NCBI GenBank assembly: GCA_019057475.1 | Contig: DXJO01000027.1 | Coordinates: 36,174-100,173, forward strand | Origin: Candidatus Thorarchaeota archaeon | GTDB lineage: Archaea > Asgardarchaeota > Thorarchaeia > Thorarchaeales > Thorarchaeaceae | Reading direction: 5' to 3' | Length of the DNA stretch: 64,000 bases | In this document: positions 1-8,586 of the stretch, in pieces | How the letters are laid out: every line of letters begins with the position of its first letter | How positions within the stretch are numbered: the first letter of the stretch is position 1 | Program-made: the position numbers and the translations under genes | The notes under the pieces: model-generated | The model's database searches: none | What the model saw: the letters and a program-made list of their open reading frames with translations, nothing else | What the model was told of the DNA's origin: nothing

Positions 1-453
1 TGCACTCCATGTAGAATGGGTACGCTAGAGATGCTTAGGATACTTGACAAGATCAGGTCGGGAAACGGAGAAGAGGGCGACATAGAGAAGCTTCAGGAGA
101 TAGCAATTACGGTAAAGGAGGGCTCCCTCTGCGGACTCGGCCAGACTGCACCCAATCCAGTACTCACCACGGTCCGATACTTCCGCGATGAGTATGAAGC
201 GCATATCCGTGACAAGATTTGTCCGGCGGAAGTCTGCAAGGCGCTCATAAAGTATGTAATAGTGTCTGAGAAGTGCATAGGTTGCGGAGCGTGTCTACGA
301 ATCTGCCCTGCGAATGCAATCACTGGAAAGAAGAATGAGGTGCATATCATCTCAGATGAACTATGCATCAAATGTGGAGCTTGTTTCGAGGTGTGTCCAC
401 CCAAGGCGAGCGCTATTGACAAGATACCCGCATACCATGGAGGTGGGCACTAA
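1..453 (+). CDS. NuoF/HydB (BfuB)-like NADH-binding flavo-FeS subunit, C-terminal part (5' end outside window)
   Basis: The frame is open from base 1 (CTPCRMG). It has the NuoF motif SLCGLGQTAPNPV and two C-terminal CxxCxxCxxxCP ferredoxin motifs. The stop overlaps the next start (TAATG). Confidence 0.9.
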   Translation, partial: CTPCRMGTLEMLRILDKIRSGNGEEGDIEKLQEIAITVKEGSLCGLGQTAPNPVLTTVRYFRDEYEAHIRDKICPAEVCKALIKYVIVSEKCIGCGACLRICPANAITGKKNEVHIISDELCIKCGACFEVCPPKASAIDKIPAYHGGGH

Positions 454-2750
454 TGCCGAGTCTGACAATAGACGGAAAGCAGATTCAGTTCAAGGAAGAT
501 GGCCGTACCATATTGGATATTGCTCGTGAAGAAGGAATCTATATCCCCACGTTATGCGACCATCCGGACCTTCCTCCCCATGGCGGGTGCCGAATGTGCC
601 TTGTTGAGGTTGAGGGGATGAAGGGCTTTGTCACAGCATGCACAACTCCTGCGAAAGATAACATGATAGTAGACACAACCAATGATGATTTAATGAAGCT
701 GAAGCGCAATATCCTTCAGCTGTTGCTCATAGAGCACCCATCCGCATGCGTCGTTTGTGCCGAGTGGAATACTTGCAATGAGTATCGCAGTCAGCCCTTC
801 AAATCAGGCTTGATCACAGGGTGTAGTACTTGCCCAAGCAAGGCTTCCTGTGAGCTACGAGATGTAGTCGAATATGTAGGACTTGATGATTTAGGTTTCG
901 TGCCAAGGTATAAGGAAATGCCTGTTGAGAAAGATGATCCATTCTTTGACAGAGACTACAACATCTGCATTCTGTGCGCAAGGTGTGTCAGAGTCTGTGA
1001 TGAGATAAGAGGCACAGGAGCTATCAGCTTTGCCAAGCGTGGTCATGAAACAAGAGTGGATACCGCCTTCGGCAACTCGCACTTGGACAGTGGTTGCTGG
1101 TTCTGCGGAGCATGCATCGACGTTTGCCCAACGGGTGCACTATCACCTCGAATGATGAAATGGCATGGAACACCTGATGAAACAGTAGTAACAACCTGCA
1201 TGCTTTGTGGCACTGGATGTCAAATAGAGTTCGATGTGAAGTGGGACAGGATAATGGCATCTCATCCAGGTTCTGAGAACTCCGAGCCAAACCGGGGTCA
1301 TGCATGCGTTCTGGGCAGGTTCTGTATTCCATCCTTGATGAATGCCCCCGACAGACTCAAGATTCCCACTGTTAGAAGGGATGGAGTCAGCATCCCCGTT
1401 TCATGGGATGAAGCATATGAGCGCATAGCGGAAATTCTCAATGAAACCACTCCAGGAAGAATTGGTTTTGTAGGAGCCCCTCACCTCACTACAGAGGCCG
1501 CGTATCTTCTTCAAAAGCTAGCTCGCAGTGCAATAGGAACCTCGAACGTTGATTTCAGAGGCTCAGGTTTTGCCTCGCTTGTTGTCAGAACACTTGCGGA
1601 TACTGACAGCTTCGCAAAGGTTGGGTCACTCCGAGACCTTGAGAAGGCAGATTGGATTATTGCAGTGGGAGGCGACTTTGTAAAGACTCACCAAGTTGTC
1701 GCCAAGTCGTGTTATCAAGCAGTTGCAAGAGGTGCACCGCTGATACTCATTGGAGAGGCCGGCGTGAACCTGAAGAGATGGGCAACAGAACACATCCCAC
1801 TCAAGGCCAAGGCTTTCTCAACAATACTCTCACAACTAGCTGTAGGTGAGGAGAAGCTTAAGGGAGTCAAGAAGCAGCACGCTGAGCATATCAAATCAGT
1901 CGTTTCAAAAGGTGAGGGAGCCATAATCTTCGGCTCTGATATTCTTCTAGCGAACAATCCGGGAGAAGCCATGACAGCCCTCTTGAGGTTGGCTGGTGAC
2001 AAGGGTCGAATCTATCCCGCATTCGATCAAGGCAATGAAGTGGGAGCGATGATAGCTGGGCTGCAGCCGGATCTGCTTCCAGGACTCACATCAGTGGGCG
2101 CATCAAGTGTTAGGAGCAAATTCGAAGCCCTCTGGGGGAAGGAAATCAAGGCTGGTCTAAGTCTGGAACAGATGCGTATGGCGGCATCCAAAGGTGAACT
2201 TGATGTCCTCTATGTGATTGATGGTTCACTGCTCGCAAAAGGTTTCAAGAAAGTTAAGCACGTGATCTACCAGTCTCCATTCCCCTCAGAATGGGTCAAT
2301 CGTGCATCCGTGATTCTTCCTGCAGCAGGCTTTGTGGAGGACTCTGGAACAGTTGTCAACATGGAGATGAAACAGCTTAAGCTGAAACAGGTTACTCAGC
2401 CTATTGGAAAGTCGAAACAGGATTGGCTAATACTAACTGAGCTTGGCAGGAGGCTTGGATCGGAGGGCTTCAAATACAAGAGCCCGAAGAAGGTTGCGAA
2501 GGAGCTAAGGGAGTTTACTAAGGAATTAGATTCTGGGGCCATAGTCGAAATTGAGTCGATCCGGAAAGCAGCTGATTGGAACCCCGTGTACAGGGGCGCA
2601 ATCCTTGCCGAGAGAATACGGGACCTGAAGACATTCATTGACGCCCTACCAGAGAGAGAACGTCCATTGTCTACCGAATCGATGGATGATTTCGTTAAGA
2701 GGTTATCAGAACAAGAAGGCGCAAACACTCAGGTGAAGGAGGCGGCCTAA
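453..2750 (+). CDS. NuoG/FdhA-like FeS protein with degenerate molybdopterin-oxidoreductase domain (BfuA-like)
   Basis: N-terminal 2Fe-2S (IPTLC..GGCRMC..TAC), HxxxCxxC, CILCARCVRVC, CWFCGACIDVCP and TTCMLCGTGC motifs, then a Mo-bisPGD-like fold. GGAGG lies upstream. Confidence 0.85.
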   Translation: MPSLTIDGKQIQFKEDGRTILDIAREEGIYIPTLCDHPDLPPHGGCRMCLVEVEGMKGFVTACTTPAKDNMIVDTTNDDLMKLKRNILQLLLIEHPSACVVCAEWNTCNEYRSQPFKSGLITGCSTCPSKASCELRDVVEYVGLDDLGFVPRYKEMPVEKDDPFFDRDYNICILCARCVRVCDEIRGTGAISFAKRGHETRVDTAFGNSHLDSGCWFCGACIDVCPTGALSPRMMKWHGTPDETVVTTCMLCGTGCQIEFDVKWDRIMASHPGSENSEPNRGHACVLGRFCIPSLMNAPDRLKIPTVRRDGVSIPVSWDEAYERIAEILNETTPGRIGFVGAPHLTTEAAYLLQKLARSAIGTSNVDFRGSGFASLVVRTLADTDSFAKVGSLRDLEKADWIIAVGGDFVKTHQVVAKSCYQAVARGAPLILIGEAGVNLKRWATEHIPLKAKAFSTILSQLAVGEEKLKGVKKQHAEHIKSVVSKGEGAIIFGSDILLANNPGEAMTALLRLAGDKGRIYPAFDQGNEVGAMIAGLQPDLLPGLTSVGASSVRSKFEALWGKEIKAGLSLEQMRMAASKGELDVLYVIDGSLLAKGFKKVKHVIYQSPFPSEWVNRASVILPAAGFVEDSGTVVNMEMKQLKLKQVTQPIGKSKQDWLILTELGRRLGSEGFKYKSPKKVAKELREFTKELDSGAIVEIESIRKAADWNPVYRGAILAERIRDLKTFIDALPERERPLSTESMDDFVKRLSEQEGANTQVKEAA

Positions 2751-3631
2751 TGAAGGGCACAATAGTGATCAACGAACATGTAGTTCCGAATGTAAGACGC
2801 CTTGTACTTGAAGCGCCAGTTATCGCTCGTCGTGCAAAGCCTGGGCAATTTGTGATTCTGATTCCAGATGCAGAGGGTGAGAGAATTCCCTTCACACTCT
2901 CCGATTGGGACGCTTCAGAAGGAACAATCACGATATTCTACTTGGAAGCTGGCGTTTCGACCATGAAACTCACTCGCTTGAAGCCAGGTGAAGCCGTCTA
3001 TACACTCGTGGGGCCTCTAGGCAAACCCACAGAGATTGAGAAGTTTGGAACTGTTCTACTCGGGGGTGGATGCTACGGCCTTGGAGGAATCTACCCACTG
3101 GCTAGGGCTTTCAAGGAAAAGGGGAATAAAGTCATTGCTCTTCTGGAAGCTCGCACATCCTACCTTATCTACAACGAGGACAAGATTGGAGAGGTGGCAG
3201 ACGAAGTCATCATCGCCACTGCGGATGGCTCTCGTGGCGTGCGAGGCCATGTCTGGGAGTCCATAAAGATCTTGGAGGAGAGGGGCGAGAAGATCGACCA
3301 TGCACACTTCGTTGGGTGCACGTACATGATGATGACCTCCTCAAGAGCGACAGAGCAGGCAGGGATCCCCACAATTGTCAGCCTCAATTCGCTCATGGTC
3401 GATGGCACTGGAATGTGTGGATGTTGCAGAGTCCTCGTAGGAGGCGAAACCAAGTTTTCCTGCGTTGACGGGCCTGACTTCGATGGACATCTAGTCGACT
3501 GGGACAATGTATTCGCCAGAGCGGGTGCTTACGTTGGTGAAGAGAACTTGGCGTATCAGTTCCACCAAAGCAGAGATGACGGAGCAATCAAAGACGATGG
3601 ATGCAAGAACTGCGGCAAGGAGGCGGTTTGA
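2750..3631 (+). CDS. nfnA: NfnA/SudB-type FAD/NAD-binding 2Fe-2S subunit
   Basis: Motifs PGQF, GERIPFT, GPLG, MVDGTGMCGCC and CVDGPDFD; translationally coupled. Confidence 0.85.
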   Translation: MKGTIVINEHVVPNVRRLVLEAPVIARRAKPGQFVILIPDAEGERIPFTLSDWDASEGTITIFYLEAGVSTMKLTRLKPGEAVYTLVGPLGKPTEIEKFGTVLLGGGCYGLGGIYPLARAFKEKGNKVIALLEARTSYLIYNEDKIGEVADEVIIATADGSRGVRGHVWESIKILEERGEKIDHAHFVGCTYMMMTSSRATEQAGIPTIVSLNSLMVDGTGMCGCCRVLVGGETKFSCVDGPDFDGHLVDWDNVFARAGAYVGEENLAYQFHQSRDDGAIKDDGCKNCGKEAV

Positions 3632-5067
3632 TGGGCGGCAAGACTCTAACAGCAAAAGAGAGGATGGCAATCCCCAGAGCGAAGATGCCAGAGCAGAACC
3701 CTGCTGCACGTGCAGCCAATTTCGAAGAAGTTCCATTCGGATTGACACCTGAGCAGGCCATGCTGGAAGCTCAGAGATGCATAAGTTGCAGGAATATGCC
3801 ATGCGTTGCCGGGTGTCCCGTCGGCGTTCACATTCCTGAGTTCATCGAACTTGTAGCTGAAGGTAAATTTGCAGAAGCAGCCAGAGAAATCAAGGAAACC
3901 AATGTTCTTCCTGCAGTCTGCGGTCGTGTCTGTCCACAAGAGATTCAGTGTGAGGAGGCTTGCACATTGTGGAAGCGCTTCGGAGGAGTTTCTATTGGTG
4001 CTCTCGAACGATTTGTTGCAGATTATGAGAGAAACAATAACCTGGTCAAGATTCCAAAGAAAGATTCATCCACTGGCAAGAGGGTTGCAGTCATTGGATC
4101 AGGACCATCAGGACTTACCGTTGCAGGAGACCTCATTCTCAAGGGGCACGAGGTTACAGTCTATGAAGCACTGCATGAACCTGGTGGCGTCCTCATATAC
4201 GGCATTCCGGAATTCAGGCTTCCGAAAGAGATAGTGAAGGCTGAAGTTGGCTACATGGAGAGCCTAGGTGTCAAGTTCGTGATGAACGTTGTTGTAGGAT
4301 TGACTATGACCATTGAGGAATTGTTTGATGAACTTGGGTACGATGCCGTTTACATCGGCGTTGGCGCGGGCCTTCCAAGATTCATGCGAATCGATGGCGA
4401 AGACATGAATGGTGTCTTCTCAGCCAACGAGTATCTCACTAGATCGAACCTAATGAAGGGGTATTTATTCCCTGAGTACGATTCACCACTTCCGCCAGGC
4501 AGGCGTGTCTGCGTCGTTGGTGGAGGAAATGTAGCAATGGACTCTGCACGAACAGCGAAGCGCCTAGGTGCCGACGTCACCATAGTTTATCGTCGTGCTA
4601 GAGAACAACTACCTGCAAGAAGTGAGGAGGTTCACCACGCTGAAGAAGAGGGTATTGAATTCAAGCTGCTCTCAAACCCGGTCAAGCTCTTCGGAGAGAA
4701 TGGCAGAGTTACTGGTATGGAGTGCATTCGGATGGAACTTGGAGAACCCGACGACAGTGGTCGCAGGCGGCCAATACCGATAGAGGGTGCTTTCTTCAAG
4801 ATAGAGTGTGACCAAGTGATAATGGCCATTGGTTCGGGAGCCAATCCAGTCTTAACGAAGACCATAAAAGACCTAGAACTCAACCGATGGGGATACATCG
4901 AGGTAGACAAGAACAACCGCACCAATGTGCCCATGGTCTGGGCAGGCGGCGATATAGTAACAGGAGCAGCAACAGTAATCTTGGCTATGGGTGCTGGTCG
5001 AATCGCGGCCAACTCAATGCATGCGGAACTCATGGGATTGCCGCAACCTGGGACTGAGGAGTCGTAG
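3631..5067 (+). CDS. nfnB: NfnB/SudA (GltD-like) NADPH-dependent flavo-FeS subunit
   Basis: Motifs EAQRCISC..CVAGCP, CGRVCPQEIQCE, GSGPSG, YGIPEFRL, GGGNVAMD and AGGDIVTGAATVILAM. ATG 3631 overlaps the previous stop (TGATG). Confidence 0.88.
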   Translation: MGGKTLTAKERMAIPRAKMPEQNPAARAANFEEVPFGLTPEQAMLEAQRCISCRNMPCVAGCPVGVHIPEFIELVAEGKFAEAAREIKETNVLPAVCGRVCPQEIQCEEACTLWKRFGGVSIGALERFVADYERNNNLVKIPKKDSSTGKRVAVIGSGPSGLTVAGDLILKGHEVTVYEALHEPGGVLIYGIPEFRLPKEIVKAEVGYMESLGVKFVMNVVVGLTMTIEELFDELGYDAVYIGVGAGLPRFMRIDGEDMNGVFSANEYLTRSNLMKGYLFPEYDSPLPPGRRVCVVGGGNVAMDSARTAKRLGADVTIVYRRAREQLPARSEEVHHAEEEGIEFKLLSNPVKLFGENGRVTGMECIRMELGEPDDSGRRRPIPIEGAFFKIECDQVIMAIGSGANPVLTKTIKDLELNRWGYIEVDKNNRTNVPMVWAGGDIVTGAATVILAMGAGRIAANSMHAELMGLPQPGTEES

Positions 5068-5202
5068 GGAATTGAAACCTGCACCGTAGTTGCGGCCAGT
5101 GGTACGTCTTGTGGGTACCGGATCCGAAACTGAGTGACACAATCGTCGTGTCACGTCGCTAGTTTTATCAACGCATGGGAGTTCCCCCACTCGGTCGTAA
5201 AT

Positions 5203-5562
5203 ATGTCACATCGACGCGGTCTAAGGTTTGCAAAGACAACCTGCCCAATATGCGGAAGCAAGGAAGTCGCCAGGGATGATTCCAAGGGTGATCTTCTCTG
5301 CACCAACTGCGGCCATATAATGATTCGAAAGGAAACCAGAGCGGTCGGCAAATACGAAGTTGCCCAGCACTTGAAGAGAAATGGAAAGATGACATTCCCG
5401 ATGTTGAGGGAGGTTACCGGTGCCTCTGATGACAAGCTCTTCGGTGTAATTGAGAACATGGAAAACATGGGCTTGATCCAGGACATAGGTGGCAAGTACA
5501 CGCTGACCAAACGCGGTCAACGCTGGTACAGGCAGAGACTCGGGCAGGAATGGGGCTACTAG
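5203..5562 (+). CDS. TFIIB-type zinc ribbon plus winged-helix protein
   Basis: CPICGS..DDSKGDLLCTNCG followed by a wHTH-like segment ending YTLTKRG. ATG 5203 preferred. Confidence 0.7.
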   Translation: MSHRRGLRFAKTTCPICGSKEVARDDSKGDLLCTNCGHIMIRKETRAVGKYEVAQHLKRNGKMTFPMLREVTGASDDKLFGVIENMENMGLIQDIGGKYTLTKRGQRWYRQRLGQEWGY

Positions 5563-5874
5563 TGTCCTTCGGGATACCGCCTCGCGCTGTTAGTTGATAC
5601 GCCGTTAACGAGATTGATGTCGTAAGTTACGTTTCTTTGCGTGCACCTATCTCAACCGTTCATTGTAGGTTGTACAAAGTTGGACACCGAAGTCTAGTAC
5701 GTCCAGGAAACGGCACTGGACTACTCCGTGAGGACCCTTCACAGGTGTGTCATATTCCTCAGAGACCAATGTCGTATTGGTCTATATAAAGCCCACAATA
5801 AAATTGTCCAGATACGTCTAACTTTGCAGCAGCTATTTGCAACCCTTAATATACTATGAAAATTGTTTAACTAA

Positions 5875-5962
5875 GGGTCCGGATGCAGAAGGGTTACATA
5901 CTCTCCCCCCTCCTAACCACGCGAATACCTACTTTCTATTTTCCTTCTGCGTTCGAAACCCC
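5875..5962 (+). ncRNA. Candidate ~88-nt structured small RNA, copy A
   Basis: 13-bp plus 4-bp terminal stem with G-U pairs on the + strand. TTAATA box 29 nt upstream. Shares two 13-nt motifs with 48935-49024. Confidence 0.55.
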
Positions 5963-6045
5963 TACCTATTCTACGGCCCTAACTAGTTATCGCAGAGAGC
6001 TGACAACATTGTCATGCCTCACAGTTGTCAAGCACTTGCCGGGTT

Positions 6046-6264
6046 TTATCCGACGAGCGTACTGAAACAAGATCCAAAACAAGAGATGTGCTCAATCCTT
6101 GGTCGAGAGTAAACAGCCCAAGACCCATCTCCAACAAGCCTTACAAGCACGTGGTTATCTCGCCGCATTAGCCTAACGAGGTTTAAAGCGGCCCTGACTC
6201 CCTTCGGATTCTCGACCAGCTTGTAGACATGACCATTGATAATTTGCCACTTATCGGCTATCAT
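6046..6264 (-). CDS. Small hypothetical protein
   Basis: 72-aa ORF with protein-like composition, downstream of the WD40 gene; no family recognised. Confidence 0.55.
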   Translation of the reverse strand: MIADKWQIINGHVYKLVENPKGVRAALNLVRLMRRDNHVLVRLVGDGSWAVYSRPRIEHISCFGSCFSTLVG

Positions 6265-6320
6265 ATACTCTGGTGTCTGCTTTGCTTAATAACCCCGTCT
6301 GATAGGATTGCAACGAGAAT

Positions 6321-7472
6321 TCACTTGCGGATTACGATGTTTGCGCCATCAATCCGAACATGCGGAAACTCGTCTGACAGCTCAAGTAGCCAGTCCTCCA
6401 GTTCCTCAACACTACTGAAGCGGAGCAACGTGGCTAGGCGATTCATGGGTAGGGTTTCATACCTTCCGATTATCTTTCGGAGCTGCATCATCCTGAAGGC
6501 TGCAAGCTCTGCTTTTTCTTCCTCAGTACGGGGCGCGATCTTGTCAATCCACGGACTGCCCAGCGGAAAGTCCCACACGTAGATCTCACCCTCAAGAGTA
6601 CCCGCAACAAGTTGACGACCGTCGCTACTCATCGCTAGGGAGTGCACGTTCTCCGTGTGGTCAAGTGTCCTCAACAGAACACCTCCGTGCATTTGCCATA
6701 CTCTGATTGTGCCGTCATTGGCGCCTGTCACAAGGTATCGTCCATCGTGGGACACCCATAGTAGCAGGATTGCGGAGGTGTGACCTGACAAGGTGTTCAG
6801 TAGCGTTCCAGAATCTACATCCCAGATATGAACATCTCCATCCTGACCACCTGAAATCATGAAACGTGATTCAGGTGTGAATACGAGTCGAGTTACATTC
6901 CCTTTGTGCCCATGAAGTGTATGGAGTAGAGATCCCGTATCGAGGTCTCGTAGCCATAGAATGCCTGTGGGATTCCTCCCGAGTGCCCTCTTTGAGCCAG
7001 ACACAAGATAGGCCCCATCTGGACTAACAGCAATTGAATAAACTCCTGCGCCTTGTTCCCGGATGCGGGCTATAACTGAATGACCAATATCCCACACACG
7101 ATCCTTGCCGTCGTCCCCACCCGTGATAACGTAGCAGTCATCTGGGGTGATGGCGATTGCAATGGTATGCAGTGAGTTTGGTGTGAGTGTATTCAGTGCA
7201 GTGCCAGCTTCGACGTCCCAGACCCTCACTGCGGAATCCCTATCTGACACCGAGAAAACGCGGCGTCCATCAGAAGTCGCAACCAGTCCGTAGACAGGGC
7301 CCTCGTGACCAATGAACGTATGCACAAGCTTGCCTGTCTGAATGTCCCAGAGCCGGACTGTAGCGTCTTGACCACCTGAAACCACATGACGCCCGTCCTG
7401 GGTCAAAACCACCGACCAGACTGTGAACTCATGCCCCTCGAGCAAGACTGTAAGTTCGAGATTCCCTTCCAC
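6321..7472 (-). CDS. WD40 repeat protein (7 blades) with C-terminal PCI/winged-helix-like domain
   Basis: Seven GH..(W)D-type repeats. The tail RYETLPMNRLATLL..VEELEDWLLEL..RIDG resembles the PCI consensus. Confidence 0.85.
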   Translation of the reverse strand: MEGNLELTVLLEGHEFTVWSVVLTQDGRHVVSGGQDATVRLWDIQTGKLVHTFIGHEGPVYGLVATSDGRRVFSVSDRDSAVRVWDVEAGTALNTLTPNSLHTIAIAITPDDCYVITGGDDGKDRVWDIGHSVIARIREQGAGVYSIAVSPDGAYLVSGSKRALGRNPTGILWLRDLDTGSLLHTLHGHKGNVTRLVFTPESRFMISGGQDGDVHIWDVDSGTLLNTLSGHTSAILLLWVSHDGRYLVTGANDGTIRVWQMHGGVLLRTLDHTENVHSLAMSSDGRQLVAGTLEGEIYVWDFPLGSPWIDKIAPRTEEEKAELAAFRMMQLRKIIGRYETLPMNRLATLLRFSSVEELEDWLLELSDEFPHVRIDGANIVIRK

Positions 7473-7647
7473 CAGTGGTCACTCCTGTATTCTACCGGGT
7501 AGCAGCACGCCTTAAAGGCCTATAAGTACGAGTATGAGAAAGAAAAGCTTGCCGATTCTCTTGGTAATACTTTGGCAGGCACTGAAGATGGTAATCTCCA
7601 GATATCTCTAGAATCTTCGCCGAAGGCAACGCCAAGTGGAGAAATAG

Positions 7648-7754
7648 TGGTGGACCGGGTGGGATTTGAACCCACGACCTTCTGGAGTTTTGATCTCCTG
7701 AGAGATCCAGAAGGATTGCAAACCAGACGATCTGCCGGGCTAATCTACCGGCCC
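7648..7754 (-). tRNA. tRNA-Ala(UGC) with a 30-nt intron at 37/38 (7687-7716) and encoded CCA
   Basis: Acceptor stem GGGCCGG/CCGGTCC with G3-U70. Anticodon arm TCTGG-TTTGCA..T-CCAGA; T arm GTGGG-TTCAAAT-CCCAC. Positions 32-35 (UUUG) pair with intron CAAA as in a bulge-helix-bulge motif. Confidence 0.92.
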
Positions 7755-7786
7755 ACAGTTGCAGGTCTTTCCGTGCCAAGGGCGTT

Positions 7787-8398
7787 TTAACCCTTATGCT
7801 CTTGATACTCCTCGCGCACAACATCCAGCCAGAAGGGTGCGCCCTTGAGCGTGGAGGCTTCTTCAGTTGTAAGCTCCTTATACTCCACCAGACTCATGTC
7901 TTCCGGAATAATGCCACTGACTCCAGCAGGATCTTCCATAATTAATGTGAAATCAAAGTTCCCTGCAATGGCTCTATCCATCATATCGAGAACTTCTTGT
8001 CCTTTCTCCTTCTGCTCCTTGCTATCAGCGAAGCTGATTGCTGTTATGACAACATTTCGAGTACGTTGAAGCAGACCTTCGACGTTGGTGATGAATGACT
8101 CTGCGGTGGGACCGGGCTCGACATTAATGCCAAACTCCGGTAGTCGAATAGTACCTGATCCGGATCTCACGACTCGCGCGTAGAGGAGCGCGGAATCGTT
8201 TACTTTGAGGGTCCATCTGCTGGGTGCTCTCTGCTCAGCTGAAAAAACGTCACTATGGTGGAAGTTGCATTTGGGGCACTCCATGATGAACATGGCTAGT
8301 TCGTTGAAGAAGGGTATGCTGTAGAGTATCGACCTCATCTTCAGGTCGCCTTCACCACATGAGGGGCATCTGAGTGTGATGCCTTCTGTTTTGGACAT
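7787..8398 (-). CDS. zpr1: ZPR1 zinc finger protein
   Basis: Motifs CPSCG..IPFF..CPKC, IPE/LPEFG..EPGP, FITNVEGLL and EDPAGVS. Confidence 0.9.
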   Translation of the reverse strand: MSKTEGITLRCPSCGEGDLKMRSILYSIPFFNELAMFIMECPKCNFHHSDVFSAEQRAPSRWTLKVNDSALLYARVVRSGSGTIRLPEFGINVEPGPTAESFITNVEGLLQRTRNVVITAISFADSKEQKEKGQEVLDMMDRAIAGNFDFTLIMEDPAGVSGIIPEDMSLVEYKELTTEEASTLKGAPFWLDVVREEYQEHKG

Positions 8399-8586
8399 AG
8401 AACCGCTTGTGAGTTTGTGTGCTTATAGTCCTATGCTCGCAGCTAGTAAAGAAACGGTTCACGGATAACTTGCCAGCGTGGCAAAGATACCACATAGCTA
8501 TTTCTGCTATTGAAAAGAGAAGAGGAGGAGCTGGAGGTTCGCGAGAGATCAGTATCACTGCAAAACGAGTAAGAGGAACAACATCC

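Noticed and set aside
453-2750. Selenocysteine-containing or active formate dehydrogenase
   Set aside because: No in-frame TGA, and the Cys/Sec-His motif is absent.
5134-5154. GTGACAC-n7-GTGTCAC inverted repeat as a SECIS or riboswitch
   Set aside because: A single 7-bp hairpin with no Sec codon nearby; it could be an operator or terminator but is unsupported.
5068-7647. tRNA-anchored integrated element downstream of tRNA-Ala
   Set aside because: No integrase and no duplicated tRNA 3' end was seen in the window.
7492-7824. ORFs overlapping the tRNA
   Set aside because: They are explained by the tRNA-Ala gene on the minus strand.
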